The position numbers and the translations under genes were made by a program. DNA of 64,000 nt from Mobula hypostoma (Eukaryota), in assembly GCF_963921235.1 (NCBI RefSeq), contig NC_086108.1:7688001-7752000 (forward strand). The letters are read 5' to 3'. The notes under the pieces are model-generated. The model had not been told where the DNA came from. It saw nothing but the letters and a program-made list of their open reading frames with translations, and did not search any database. Of the stretch, positions 25,996-38,736 are shown piece by piece; positions within the stretch are counted from its first letter, which is position 1; the number at the start of each line of letters is the position of its first letter.

Positions 25996-27530
25996 CATAG
26001 AGGAACACCTTGCCAAGTGGAATGTGGTGATTCAGAGTGACGATTCAATATAGTCTGATAGTCATTGGAGAAGTCCGTTAATGGAATCCTACCACACAAA
26101 CCCACACTTGAGGAGGAGTACAGAAAGGACGAGAAGATTAAAGATAATCTCAGGGCAACAGACAGAAATTAGCTACCTGTTTTCTCAAAACCACCCACAC
26201 CCTGCACGTGGGTGCAGAATCAAAATCTCTCAGTTAAGTATAATCTTTGCTGACTCAGATGTTTGGTGGGTGGGGGGGGGGGTATGATACTATTTTCATA
26301 GAAATTATGCACAAAGCTCAGTCAGCTCTATCACTATTATTTTTTCTGTCATCTACTGAAACCTTATCTGCCTACTCACAACCTGCAAGGTTATGAAACG
26401 GTGACCTTCTATTCTTATTAAGACAATGTAGTGAAACTTCGTCAGACTGTATACTGACACAGTTAATAAAACAGTCAAATAACCTAGTATGTAAACCCAG
26501 CAACTTTAGTTTTATTGTTCTTCAACAACAGAAGCTTGCTACCATCTCGACGTCCTTTCTCCTTTCTTCAGTCAAAATCCCTGTGGATCTTTTTTTTTAC
26601 AATCATTCGAAAGTTCCTGTTATGAACAGAACAACATCCTGCCAGACCAAAAGAATGTGGAGGCATAGATACTTCTGACACTGGAGTACCACACAGTACA
26701 AGGACTAAAACCATAAATATTTGATTTATCCTTGGGAATGTTGTGTCCATTTCCCAAGGTCTTGGCACCTGGACTCCAAACTTATACAAGTAAAACCTTT
26801 CTCCACCATTTCATCATGGCTGATCCATTTCCAACTCTTGCCTTCTCCCCTTATCTCTTCATACCCCAACTAATCAAGAATCTATCAAACTCTGCCTTTC
26901 ATCATGGCTGATCCATTTCCCTCTCAGCCCCGAACTCCTGCCTCTCTCCATAACCCTTCATGGCTTGTCTAATCAAGAATCTATCAACCTTTGCCTTAAA
27001 TATACCCAATGACTTGGCCTCCACAGGTGCCTGTGGCAAAAAATTCCACAGATTCACTACTCTCTGCCTAAAGGAGTGGTGCAGAGCTACGATGGCACTC
27101 GATAGCGACTTCTTCAAGTTCATCTGCGGAAACAGTGTCTCTCCTTTTCAGTGATGGATAGGTTTCTATCGAAGACTCTGACCTACAGCTACACTCAAAC
27201 TTCGGTTCTTGGTAGCAATGGCACCCACTCCAGGGGCTCATTGACAGGCAGTTTTTCAATATCCCAAGGATGCAGCCTAGAAGATGAGCATGCTTTCAGG
27301 GTTCCGAGGTTTTGCAGCCCTTGGGACGAGTCGATTCTATGTCAATGTCGCTGACTGGGATACCACAGGAGAAAATGGAATATCGTATCAGCTGTCAGAG
27401 GCTCTGTTCTCAGCGAATCATGCTCTCCCTCTTTCTCTCATCGGGGATGGAGAATTTATTTCAAATTCTCAAGTCGGAGACCTCGGAAAAAGCGGCGCAG
27501 CAGACTTCCACACAGTAAATCAGTGAGTTG

Positions 27531-29291
27531 AAAATGCAAACACGAGGAAATCAGCAGATGCTGGAATTTCAAGCAACACACATCAAAGTTGCTGGTAAAC
27601 GCAGCAGGCCAGGCAGCATCTATAGGAAGAGGTACAGTCCACATTTCGGGCCGAGACCCTTGGTCAGGACTAACTGAAAGAAGAGGTAATAAGAGATTTG
27701 AAAGTTGGAGGGGGAGGGGGAGATCCAAAATGATAGGAGAAGACAGGAGGGGGAGGGATGGAGCCAAGAGCTGAACGGTTGATTGGCAAAAGGGATATGA
27801 GAGGATCATGAGACAGGAGGCCCAGGGAGAAGGAAAAGGGGGGGGGGGGAGCCCAGAGGATGAGCAAGGGGTATAGTGAGAGGGACAGAGGGAGAAAAAG
27901 GAGAGTAAGAGAAAGAATGTGCGTATATAAATAAATAACGGATGGGGTACGAGGGGGAGGTGGGGCATTAGCGGAAGTTTGAGAAGTCAATGTTCATGCC
28001 ACCAGGTTGGAGGCTACCCAGACGGAATATAAGGTGTTGTTCCTCCAACCTGAGTGTGGCTTTATCTTTACAGTAGAGGAGGCCGTGGATAGACGTATCA
28101 GAATGGGAATGGGGCGTGGAATTAAAATGTGTGGCCACTGGGAGATCCTGCTTTCTCTGGCGGACAGAGCGTAGGTGTTCAGCAAAATGATCTCCCAGTC
28201 TGCGTCGAGTCTCGCCGATATATAGAAGGCACATCGGGAGCACCGGGCGCAGTATATCACCCCAGCCGACTCACAGATGAAGTGTCGCCTCACCTGGAAG
28301 GACTGTCTGGGGCCCTGACTGGTGGTGAGGGAGGAAGTGTAAGGGCAACTGTAGCACTTGTTCCGCTAAAAGGATAAGTGTCAGGAGGGAGATCGGTGGG
28401 GAGGGATGGGGGGGGTGACGAATGGACAAGGGAGTCGCGTAGGGAGCGATCTCTGCGGAAAGTGGGGGGGGGGGGAGGGAATGATGTGTTTAGTGGTGGG
28501 ATCCCGTTGGAGGTGGCGGAAGTTACAGAGAATAATATGTCGGACCCGGAGGCTGGTGGGATGGTAAGTGAGGACAAGGGGAACCCTATTCCTGGTGGGG
28601 TGACGGGAGGATGGAGTGAGAGCAGATGTGCGTGAAATGGGGGAGATGCGTTTGAGAGCAAAGTTAATGATGTCCTCTTTAAAAAAGGAGGACATCTCCC
28701 TCGTCCTGGAATGAAAAGCCTCATCCTGAGAGCAGATGCGGCGGAGACGGAGGAATTGCGAGAGGGGGATGGCAGTTTTGCAAGAGACAGGGTGAGAAGA
28801 GGAATAGTACAGATAGCTGTGAGAGTCAGTAGGCTTATAGTAGACATCAGTAGATAAGCTGTCTCCAGAGATAGAGACAGAAAGATCTAGAGAGGGGAGG
28901 GAGATGTCGGAAATGGACCAGGTAAACTTGAGGGCAGGGTGAAAGTTGGAGGCAAAGTTAATGAAGTCAACGAGCTCAGCATGCGTGCAGGAAGCAGCGC
29001 CAATGCAGTCGTCGATGTAGCGAAGGAAAAGTGGGGGACAGATACCAGAATAGGTTTGGAACATAGATTGTTCCACAAAGCCAACAAAAAGGCAGGCATA
29101 GCTAGGACCCATACAGGTGCCCATAGCTACATCTTTAGTTTGGAGGAAGTGGGAGGAGCCAAAGGAGAAATTATTAAGAGTAAGAACTAATTCTGCTAGA
29201 CGGAGCAGAGTGGTGGTAGAGGGTAACTGGTTAGGTCTGGAATCCAAAAAGAAGCGGAGAGCTTTGAGACCTTCCTGATGGGGGATGGAAG
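27531..29291 (-). mobile_element. 5'-truncated Penelope-like element (RT plus GIY-YIG, Neptune-like) with 3' terminal repeat
   Basis: RT motifs AMGTCMGPSYACLF, RYIDD, YYKPTDSH; endonuclease GVIYC..CSRC / LYIGETRRRLGDHFAEH; frameshifts; 13-bp TSD aatca[g/c]tgagttg (27518-27530, 29292-29304); mutated hammerhead at 27636-27671. Confidence 0.93.
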
Positions 29292-30316
29292 AATCACTGA
29301 GTTGTTTGTCTTTATTAGTTTCCCCTCTCGCTGTGAAACAGTGACACCTCGCTCTCTCTTTATTCAGCATAAAGAGCCTGTGGTATGTCGAGTTGTCAGG
29401 TGAACGATAGTTTTTGTTGTACTGCAGATGTCTTTCTTGGGGGCTTTGCTATTTCTTGCTGGCTGGGTGGAGGGTGCTGATGCTTTTTTTTTGCTGAAGT
29501 AAGTGTGGGATGGGGAAGGGTTGTTGCTTTGCTGCTGCTTGTGTGTGTGTGGGGGGGCTTTGGGGTTCTAATGCTTCTACTGTTACTTACTCTTCTGGGG
29601 CACTCTTTTGTTTTCATGGATGTCTGCAAAGAACAAGAATTTCAGGTTGTATATGGTATACATTCTCTGATAGTAAATGGAACGATTGAAATAAATTCCT
29701 CCTATCCTGTTCTAAATGGATGTCCCTTTATTCTGAGGCTGTGTCCTCTGGCTTCCCCCACCATAGGAAACATTAGCTTCTCCTTCTCAAATTGCAGGGT
29801 GAGCCTTATCCTATTATGATCACTGGTCCCCTAAGGTTTCCTTTACCTAAGCTCTCCAATCAATTACAGTTCATTGCTCAACACCCAATTCCATACCAGC
29901 TGATCCCCTAGTGGGATCACACATCATAGGAGCTTGATTTCAACCTATTCCAATGTTCTAATAGACAAGTCAAGTGCAGCTGTAATCAACTCTGAACTTT
30001 CTGCCAATGAACTAATTATTCTTTTCACTGCTAGCACACAAATCTGACACTCCTGGAATCACTTTGGCGAACCTGCGCTGCCTTCCCTCCATTTTGCATG
30101 TACCTGTCCTTAGGCAGGGAGATATGATAGAATTGGAACCCCATTTAACTTGCAGCAAAATGTCTTCACTCTTAAATCCTCTTGCAATGGAGTCCAACTC
30201 ACCTCCCTCTGAATGAAAAAGATCCCCCTCAGATTCCTCTTAAATATTTCACAGTTCACCCTTAACCTAAAGGCCAACATGCCAAAAACTCTCATAACAA
30301 CCCTATCTATCTGTGA

Positions 30317-30541
30317 CACACATCAAAGTTGCTGGTGAACGCAGCAGGCCAGGCAGCATCTATAGGAGGAGGCGCAGTCGACGTTTCAGGCCGAGACCCT
30401 TCGTCAAGTCCTGACGAAGGGTCTCGGCCTGAAACGTCGACTGCGCCTCCTCCTATAGATGCTGCCTGGCCTGCTGCGTTCACCAGCAACTTTGATGTGT
30501 GTTGCTTGAATTTCCAGCATCTGCAGAATTCCTGTTGTTTG
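30317..30541. mobile_element. Palindromic Penelope-terminal-repeat insertion (perfect 91-bp arms)
   Basis: Arms 30316-30406 and 30412-30502 are exact reverse complements around AGTCC; exact 14-bp TSD CTATCTATCTGTGA (30303-30316, 30542-30555) within a CR1. Confidence 0.93.
30407..30442 (+). ncRNA. Minimal type-I hammerhead ribozyme motif (core intact)
   Basis: AGTC CTGACGA A GGGT CTCG GCCT GAAA CGTC GACT; predicted cleavage after C30438. Confidence 0.78.
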
Positions 30542-30819
30542 CTATCTATCTGTGATGCCATTTTCAAGAAATTATGGATCTGAATTCTCACACTACTTTG
30601 TTCTATGGCACTCCTCACCGTGTAAGTCCTACTCTGGTTTATCCTCCAAAAGTTCAACACCTCATACTTGTCTGCATTAAATTCCATCTGCCAATTTTCA
30701 TCTATCCAGCTGGTCAAGATGGTCCTAGAAAATTTCAGTCTTCCTCACTGTCCATCACACCCCCAATTTTGGAGCCATCCAATCTACAAACCTGCTGATC
30801 CAGTTCATCGCATTATTAT

Positions 30820-31405
30820 TTAAATATAAGATAGAGGATTGGGAAGTATTTAAAAACCTACAGAAAGTAACTAAAAAAATCAGTAGAAGAAAAAAATAAA
30901 ACATGAAAGCAAGCTAGCAAATAAAATCAAAATGGATAGTAAAAGTTTTTTCAAGTATGTTAAAAATAAAAGAGAAATGAGAGTGGACATAGGACCACTA
31001 GAAAATGAGGCAGGAGAAATTATAACAGGGGACAAGGAGATGGCTGATGAACTAAATAAGTATTTTGCATCAGTCTTCACTGTGGAGGACACTAGCAGTA
31101 CGCCTGATGTTGTAGTGTGTGAAGGAAGAGAAGTGGGTGCAGTTACTGTTACAAGAGAGAAGGTGCTCAAAAAGCTGAAAGATCTGAAGGTACATAAGTC
31201 ACCCAGGCCAGAGAAACTGCACCCTAGGGTTCTGAAAGACATAGTATTAAAGACTGTGGTGCCATTAGAAATGATCTTTCAAAAATCATTGGACTCTAGC
31301 TTGGTGCCTGAGGACTAGAAAATTGCAAATGTTACTCCATTCTTTAAGAAAGGAGGAAGACAGCAGAAAGGAAATTATAAACCATTTAACCTGACTTCTG
31401 TGGTT
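30820..31405 (+). mobile_element. CR1 ORF2 internal fragment
   Basis: ORF 30932-31318 (SKSFFKYVK, LNKYFASVFT, LHPRVLK). Confidence 0.88.
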
Positions 31406-31629
31406 GAGCAGGAGGTTAGTGGGAGCAGTGGGAGAGACGAAGAGACGAATGACAAGGGAATCACAGAGGGAGTGATCCTGTGTTAAACCGGGGGGGGGGG
31501 GGGGGTAGTGGTAAAGATACGTTTAGAGGTAAGATTGCTTTGCTTTTTTAGTGATGCACTTGCACACACCCAAGGCATTGCAGGACAAAATTGCAGCTGT
31601 ATACTGCAAAGGACCATTGCTGGAATATA

Positions 31630-32120
31630 CACTCAGTGGCCACTTTATTCGTGTACAGCTGCTCGCTAATGCAAATATCTAATCAGTCAATCATGTGGCA
31701 GTAACTCACTGCATAAAAGCATGTAGACATGGTCAAGAGGTTCAGTTGTTGTTCAGACCAAACATCAGATTGGGGAAGTGATTTTGGCCATGTTGGTGTC
31801 AGATGGGGTTGTTTGAGTATCTCAGACTCTGCTGATCTGGGAATTTCAAGCACAACAGTCTCTAGAACTTACAGAGAAAGGTGTGAAAAACAAAAAAATT
31901 CAGTTCTGTGAATGAAAACATCTTGTTAATGAGAGAGGTCAGAGAATGGCCAGATTGGTTCAAGCTAACAGGAAGGTGACAGTAACTCAATAATCACATT
32001 ATAAAAGTAGTGTATAGAAGAGCATCTCTGAATGCACATAATGTCGAACCTTGAAGTGAATGGGCTATTGCAGTGGAAGATCACAAAGATGGTCTCCGTG
32101 ACTACTTTATTAGGTACAGC
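31630..32120 (+). mobile_element. Non-autonomous Tc1-like element (partial; same family as 61304-61917)
   Basis: TA|CACTCAGTGGCCACTTTATT terminus and decayed HTH-coding segment. Confidence 0.75.
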
Positions 32121-32660
32121 TGACACCAAGTGAACTGCATGCTACAGGTTTTCGTATACATCTATAGTCAGTGCTGAAAGGCTATTTAACCTCAGAAGGC
32201 ATCAATGCCAAACTGAATCCCAATGACGAAGATGAAGAACTAGAGACTTGACAAGAAAACCCAAGCCAGCAATCAGTGCTGTACAGAGGCAGTACCTCAT
32301 TATTAGGAATCTATCTTTTGGCTAAGACCTTCCTGTCTGCTCCAATAGCGCATCCCACAGCCTCATGAACTTTGTTTTCAGTCAAAGGAAAGTTTGATCA
32401 TGTTTTCTAGATCCATACCATCTCTCACTCATATTTCTGTCATAATAGTGGCTCTATTCCAAAGTACATATACCAAATATATCAAACTACAAAGCAAATT
32501 TATCTAAGTACGCAGATGTCAGGTGGCAGTGTGGAGACGTCTCTACCAAAGGAGATGTAAGGCACTCTTCCCCTCCGCTAGCCTGCGGATCACCCTTGGG
32601 AAAGGTGTAGCACCCGCTTAGGCCCCTCCCCCCGATCAGGGTCACATGAAGCCATGGAAG

Positions 32661-33033
32661 CATCCCTCCTACATAATCCTCTATTTTCCTTTCATCCGTG
32701 TGCCATGTATTATCAAAGTTCCTTAAATGCTCCTAATGTATCTGCATAATGCATCGGGTGGTGGGGTGGAGTTACGTCTCTGCCACTGGACAGGTTGTAG
32801 CACCTGCTTAGCCCAACTGGCAGCCCCTCCCAATCAGCATCATGTGAAGCCACAGTTAGAGGTGGTGGATGGTCGTATGAACAGCCGATACATATCACAA
32901 GTCCTGGTTATATGACCACTGATGCCAGGCAGACAATCTCTGAAGAGGATTGATAATGGTTGGGGTCACCCGTCCTGTAAAGACACTGCCCAGAAAAAGG
33001 CAATGGCAAACCACTTCTGTAGAAAAATCTGCC
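32661..33033. repeat. About 375-bp composite segment duplicated in inverted orientation at 45946-46320
   Basis: Both copies share the same CR1-fragment/RTE-related SINE junction (aatgtatctgcataatgcatcgg); ORFs 32713-32898(-) and 46126-46326(+) are near-identical. Confidence 0.85.
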
Positions 33034-35201
33034 AAAAACAATAGGTGGGCCGGGGGGTAGGGAAGGGAGAGAGGAGGTGGGGAGGGAGAGAGCTGAGAAC
33101 ATGAGTTGTAGAGTCCACTGGTTGTGAAAGCAGTTCAGAGTTAATGTGAGTAAAGTTATCCATACCGGTTCAGGAGCCTGCTCTTTGAAGGGTAATAACT
33201 TTTCCTGAAACTGGTGGTGTGGGCCCCAAAGCTCCTGTACCTTCTTCCTGATGACAGCAGCAAGAAGAGAACGTGGCCTGGCTGGTAAGGGATACTTGAG
33301 AGACAGGCAAAGGGAATTACAAGTTGCTTGGTGAGAAATCCTGGTTATTTCATCTCCCTTAGCCCAAGGATATTATGGTGCACCCTCGTGCTGAGTCATG
33401 AGCAAAAGGTATTGTGTTGGCAAGAAAGAGAACCAAAAAATCACAAGGACTCTATTTCAGTGAGAATAGAGTTCACATGTGCACACAGGTACAAAACATT
33501 ATTTGTGTTAGGGTGATTAGATAATGTCAAACCCCAAGAGGGAAATAGTGCAGTTTTTAAACAGTCAATTCAAGCATAAGATTCTTGAAACTGCTCGAGG
33601 CTATTTTTAAAAAATTATACAACCCCAAGTCACGCAATTTGAGCGAAGGAATCATCCATGTGCTGTTAATTAGAACAGAACACTGACAAACAATAACAAA
33701 ACATTAAACAGTTGTGCCATTGGTTATTACACTAAAGGCTTCAGCCTTTGCAACATCTTACAAGCTTGGTATGACTTAGATTCACTTTTCAGTTATAACA
33801 TTTTTATTCCCAAGAAACTTACCCTTATTAACAAAACTGCTTCATTTGAATTCAGGCTCTTGAATCAGAGGGGATAACTTCACTTGCCCCATCACTGAAA
33901 TTTTCCTACAACCAATGGACTCACTTTCAAGGACCTTTCATCTCATGTTCTCAATATTTATTGTTAATTTATTTATTATTATTCTTTCTTTCTTTTTGTA
34001 TTTGCACAATCTGCTGTCTTCTGCACTCCAGTTGAACACCCCAGCTGGGTGGTTCCACTGATTCTTTTATGGCTGCTATTCTATAGATTCATGCGCAGAA
34101 GAAGATAAATCTCAAGGTTGTATATGGTGACATATACATACTTTGATAATAAAATTTACTTTGAACTTTGAATTAAATTGAGGCGAAAAAGCACTGCTCA
34201 CAATTTTCTTTTACAGGGAGCAATGGAATGGAAGGTGGAACTGAGTGATAATGGCCCTATATGACGACCCCTTTGCTTTCATCTTCAGAAGCAGCTTTAT
34301 TTCTATCTTTGATATCTCTTTTTTCCCCTTCCAAGATTCTTTTGAAGACCCTGACCTGGAGTTGCACTCTGACTTCGGTTCTTTACAGGAATGGGACCCG
34401 CTCTCAGGGCCCCACGACCGGCTGCTTTTCGATATGCCAAGGACTTGGCCTAGACGACTAGCGTGTCTTCAGGATGCCAGATTTTCATGGCTCTGGAAGT
34501 GGGCTGATTCAAGGCTGGTGCCGCTGCCGTCGACTGATGTGTCACGGGAAAACAAGGAAGATGGGAAGCAGCGGGCTTGCTGCTGGCTGTGTGCCCAGCG
34601 GCACAGAGCTCGGGAAAAGCGATGCAACAGACTTATAACACCGTAGATCAGCGGGTTGTTTTCTTATGACTCCCCCCCTTGCTGTGAAACTGAAACACCT
34701 CTTTTTCCCTATTAGGGAAGGGGGAGGGGGGGAGGTGGGGGGGGGGAAGGAGGGGGATACCTGTGGTATGTCAAGTACCTGGTGAATGAGTAGTCTTTGG
34801 GGTACTGCAAGTCTGTGTCTTTATTGATGCTTTCCTGCATGCTTGCTTGGGGGGGGGGAATGCTTTTTTTTGTTGGTGGGGGAGAGGAGTCACTGCTTTG
34901 CTGCTGCTTGTGCATGGGAAGGGGGAGCTGGAGGGTGGCTTTGGGGTTCTAACATTTAACTGTCATTCATTCTTTGGGGCACTCCTCTGTTTTCATGGAT
35001 GTTTGCAAAGATAAGGAATTTCAGGATGTATATTGTATACATTTCTCTTACATTAAATGTACCTATTGAGTAAAGAACATAGTACAAGCCCTTCAGTGTC
35101 AATTCAGACTCCAACATCGAAGCAGCGATCTGTTGGTCTCCGCTCTCGTTGTGGAAGGCGTGACACCTCTCTCGCCTTTGCTAGTGAGTGAGCGAGGGAG
35201 C

Positions 35202-35203
<2 letters not shown>

Positions 35204-35242
<39 letters not shown>
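35204..35242. repeat. (GA)n microsatellite
   Basis: About 19 GA units within a non-autonomous repeat. Confidence 0.95.
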
Positions 35243-35246
<4 letters not shown>

Positions 35247-35596
35247 AGAGCCTGTGGAATGTTGAACTGTTGAATGAACAATGGTTTTTGCTGGACTGCA
35301 GATCATGGTCTTTCTTTCGGGGCTTTGCAATTGCTTGCTTGGTGGGTGCTTCCTGCTGGAACAAATGGGGGGGTGGGAGGAAAGAGAGTGGATACTTTGC
35401 TGCTGCTTGTGTGTGTGGGGAGGGGAAGGGGGCAGTGGGGTTCTAACAATGCCTGTCATTCATTCTTTGGGGTTTTCTTCTGTTTTGTGGATGTCTGCAA
35501 AGAGTAAGAATTTCACGTTGTATTATATATACATTCTCTGATATTAAATGGAACTATTGAACCTCTGACACTCTGATTTAAATCTCTTCCAAATAT

Positions 35597-36846
35597 TAAA
35601 ATTTTTTGAGGCTGTAACTATGAAAATGGACAAGGGAGAGCCAGTGGATGTAGTGTACCTGGACTTTCAGAAAGCCTTTGATAAGGTCCCACATAGGAGA
35701 TTAGTGGGCAAAATTAAAGCACATGGTATTGGGGGTAGGGTACTGACATGGATCGTAAATTGGTTGGCAGACAGGAAACAAAGAGTAGGGATTAACGGGT
35801 CCCTTTCAGAATGGCAGGTGGTGACTAGTGGGGTACCACAAGGCTCGGTGCTGGGACCGCAGCTATTTACAATATACATTAATGATTTAGATGAAGGGAT
35901 TAAAAGTAACATTAGCAAATTTGCAGATGACACAAATTTGGGTGGCAGTGTGAAATGTGTGGAGGATGCTGAGATAATGCAGGATGACTTGGACAGGTTG
36001 GCTGAGTGGGCAGATGCATGGCAGATGCAGTTTAATTTGGATAAATGTAAGGTTATCCACTTTGGTGGCAAGAACAGGAAAGTAGATTACTATTTGAATG
36101 ATGTCAAGTTAGGAAAAGGGGAAGTATAACAAGATCTTGGTGTCCTTGTTCATCAGTCACTGAAAGTAAGCATGCAGGTACAGCAGGCAGTGAAGAAAGC
36201 TAATGGCATGCTGGCCTTCATAACAAGGGGAGTTGAGTATAGGAGTAAAGAGGTCCTTCTGCAGTTGTACAGGGCCCTGGTGAGATCACACCTGGAGTAT
36301 TGTGTACAGTTTTGGTCTCCAAATTTGAGGAAGGACATTCTTGCTATTGAGGGAGTGCAGCGGAAGTTCACGAGGTTAATTCCCGGGATGGTGGGGCTGT
36401 CACATGTTGAAAGATTGGAGCGACTGGGCTTGTATACACTGGAATTTAGAAGGATGAGAGGGGATCTGATTGAAACATATAAGATTATTAAGGGATTGGA
36501 CATGCTAGAGGCAGGAAACATGTTCCCGATGTTGGGGGAGTTCAGAACCAGAGGCCACAATTTGAGAATAAGGGGTAGGCCATTTAGAACAGAGTTGAGG
36601 AAAAACTTTTTCACTCAGAAAGTTGTGGATCTGTGGAATGCTCTGCCTCAGAAGGCAGTGAGGCCAATTCTCTGGATGCTTTCAAGAAAGAGTTAGATAG
36701 AGCTCTTAATGATAGCAGAGTCAAGGGATACGGGGAGAAGGCAGGAACGGGGTACCGATTGTGGATGTTCAGCCATGATCACAGTGAGTGTCGGTGCTGG
36801 CTCGAAGGGCTGAATGGCCTACTCCTGCACCCATTGTCTATTGTCT
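35597..36846 (+). mobile_element. Relatively young 5'-truncated CR1
   Basis: ORFs 35620-36129 and 36172-36696 are in one frame, split by one stop; very similar to the 1704-3705 protein; (attgtct)n tail. Confidence 0.92.
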
Positions 36847-36858
36847 GAAAACAGATCT

Positions 36859-37305
36859 CGAAACATAGAAAATCTACAGCATAATACAGGCACTTTGGCC
36901 TACAATGCTGTGCCGAACATGTACTTACTTTAGAAATTACCTAGTGTTACCCATAGACCTCTATTTTTCTAAGCCCCATGTACCTATCCAGGAGTCTCTT
37001 AAAAGACCCTATCGTATCTGCCTCCACCACTGTCACCAGCAGCCCATTCCACGCACCCACCACTCTCTGCGTAAAAAAAGCTTACCTCTGACATCTCCTC
37101 TGTACCTACTTCTAAGCACCATAAAACTGTGCCTCCCGTGTTAGCCATTTCAGCCCTGGGAAAAAGCCTCTGACTATCCACACGCTCAATGCCTCTCATC
37201 ATCTTATACACGTCTATCAGGTCACCTCTCATCCTCCGCCGCTCCAAGGAGAAAAGGCTGAGTTCACTCAACCTATTCTCATAAGGCATGCTCCCCAATC
37301 CCAGA
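36859..37305 (-). mobile_element. CR1 3' fragment (same subfamily as 43602-44079 and about 54165-55750)
   Basis: GLGSMPYENRLSELSLFSLERRRMRGDLI motif and tttctatg tail. Confidence 0.85.
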
Positions 37306-37608
37306 TCTGGCAAAAGCTGTTAAGATCTAATGTCTAGTTCATAGTTTTAAATTAAGCTTAGAAATAATCATTTATTCTTGTTTTTACAGATTAGGCAGTA
37401 TTCGTTGTTGTGCACGTTGATACATTTGAAACTGTTAACTAGGCACATGGAGGATAGAAAAATTGAGGGCTATGTGGGAGGGAAAGGTTAGATTGATTGT
37501 AGACTCAGTTAACAGGTCAGCACAACACTGAAGGCCGAAGGGTCTGTACTGTCCTAAGTTCTATGTTCAAAGAATTCAAGATAGCATAACAGCAGATCAA
37601 CTCTGCAA

Positions 37609-37626
37609 TAGCACCACCTTGCGGCA
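37609..37626 (-). promoter_or_regulatory. Candidate CTCF site
   Basis: Minus strand TGCCGCAAGGTGGTGCTA resembles the CCASYAGRKGGCRS core; in non-repeat DNA; motif match only. Confidence 0.35.
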
Positions 37627-38606
37627 GGCGGCTGTGTTGTGACACACTACAAAGAACGAAGTGTTCCAGATTCAATTACCATTTTAACAAAGTCTATACA
37701 CCTGCCTTCACCCGTAACACAGACTGCCCCCAAAGTTCCAAGTACACTAAAATGGATAACACAAAATATTTATAATATGGGAAGACCATAAGACAGAGGA
37801 GCAGAAATAAGACTATTCAGTCCATCAAGTCTGCTTTGTCATTCCATCAAGGCTGATTTATTATCCCTCTCAAACCCATTCTTGCCTTCTCCACGTAACC
37901 TTTGATGCCCTATCTAATCAAGAACCTATCAACCTGCGCTTTAAATATAGCCAATGACCTGGCCTCCACAGACACCTGTGGCAATGATTACCACGGATTC
38001 AGCGCCCTCTTCCTCATCCTTGTTCTAAATGAACATCCCCTTACTCTGACTCTCCACAATTGGAAACATCTGCTCCACGTCCACTCTCTCCAAGACTTAA
38101 ATATTCTGTAGATTTCAAAGAGATCCCCCCTCATTCTTCTAAACACCAGCAAGTACGAGACCCAGAGCCATCAAACGCCCCTCACACACTAACCCTTTCA
38201 TTTCTGGGATCATTTCTTGTGAACCTCTTCCAGACCCTCTCAAATGGCAGCACATTTTTCCTTAGGTAAACTGCTCACAATACTCCAAATGCAGTTTGAC
38301 CAATGCCTTATAAAGCCTCAGCAACACATCATTGCTTTTATATTCTGGTCCTCTCAAAAAGAGAAAACAGTCAGTAAATCCTTTGCTAAAGTGTCATCTG
38401 CTTCCTATCCACAGTTCTAATTTCAAACATTAATCTATATTTTCTGAATAAAATTCTTTGGTCCATCCTGCAAACTAAAGGGGAGCTTGAATAATTTGGT
38501 TTCTGACATTCTTCTTGGATTGATACCCAATTGTGGATATCAAATTGGTCACCTGAGACAACAGAAAGGTAATATGTGGTGACTGAAAGCTACAAAAGGG
38601 GCTCAC

Positions 38607-38736
38607 CGAAATAAAATGGTGTTCCAGGGGTTAATGCTTTTAGGCGCCTTCCTAATGAAAATTAGCCGTCTCTGATCACAACTGGGACAAGATCGGCTGT
38701 TCCTTTGGCTGCACTGTTTACACAATGGCCGGAAAT
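38607..38736 (-). other. Candidate cassette/poison exon or conserved non-coding island in the SAE1 intron
   Basis: tgtatttgttttag|ATT...TCG|gtgagc splice signals on the SAE1 strand; 130 nt; unique-looking sequence with FOX/SOX/homeobox-like words. Confidence 0.35.

Noticed and set aside
30329..30583. ORFs with mirrored peptides on both strands
   Set aside because: An artefact of the DNA palindrome, not a protein gene.
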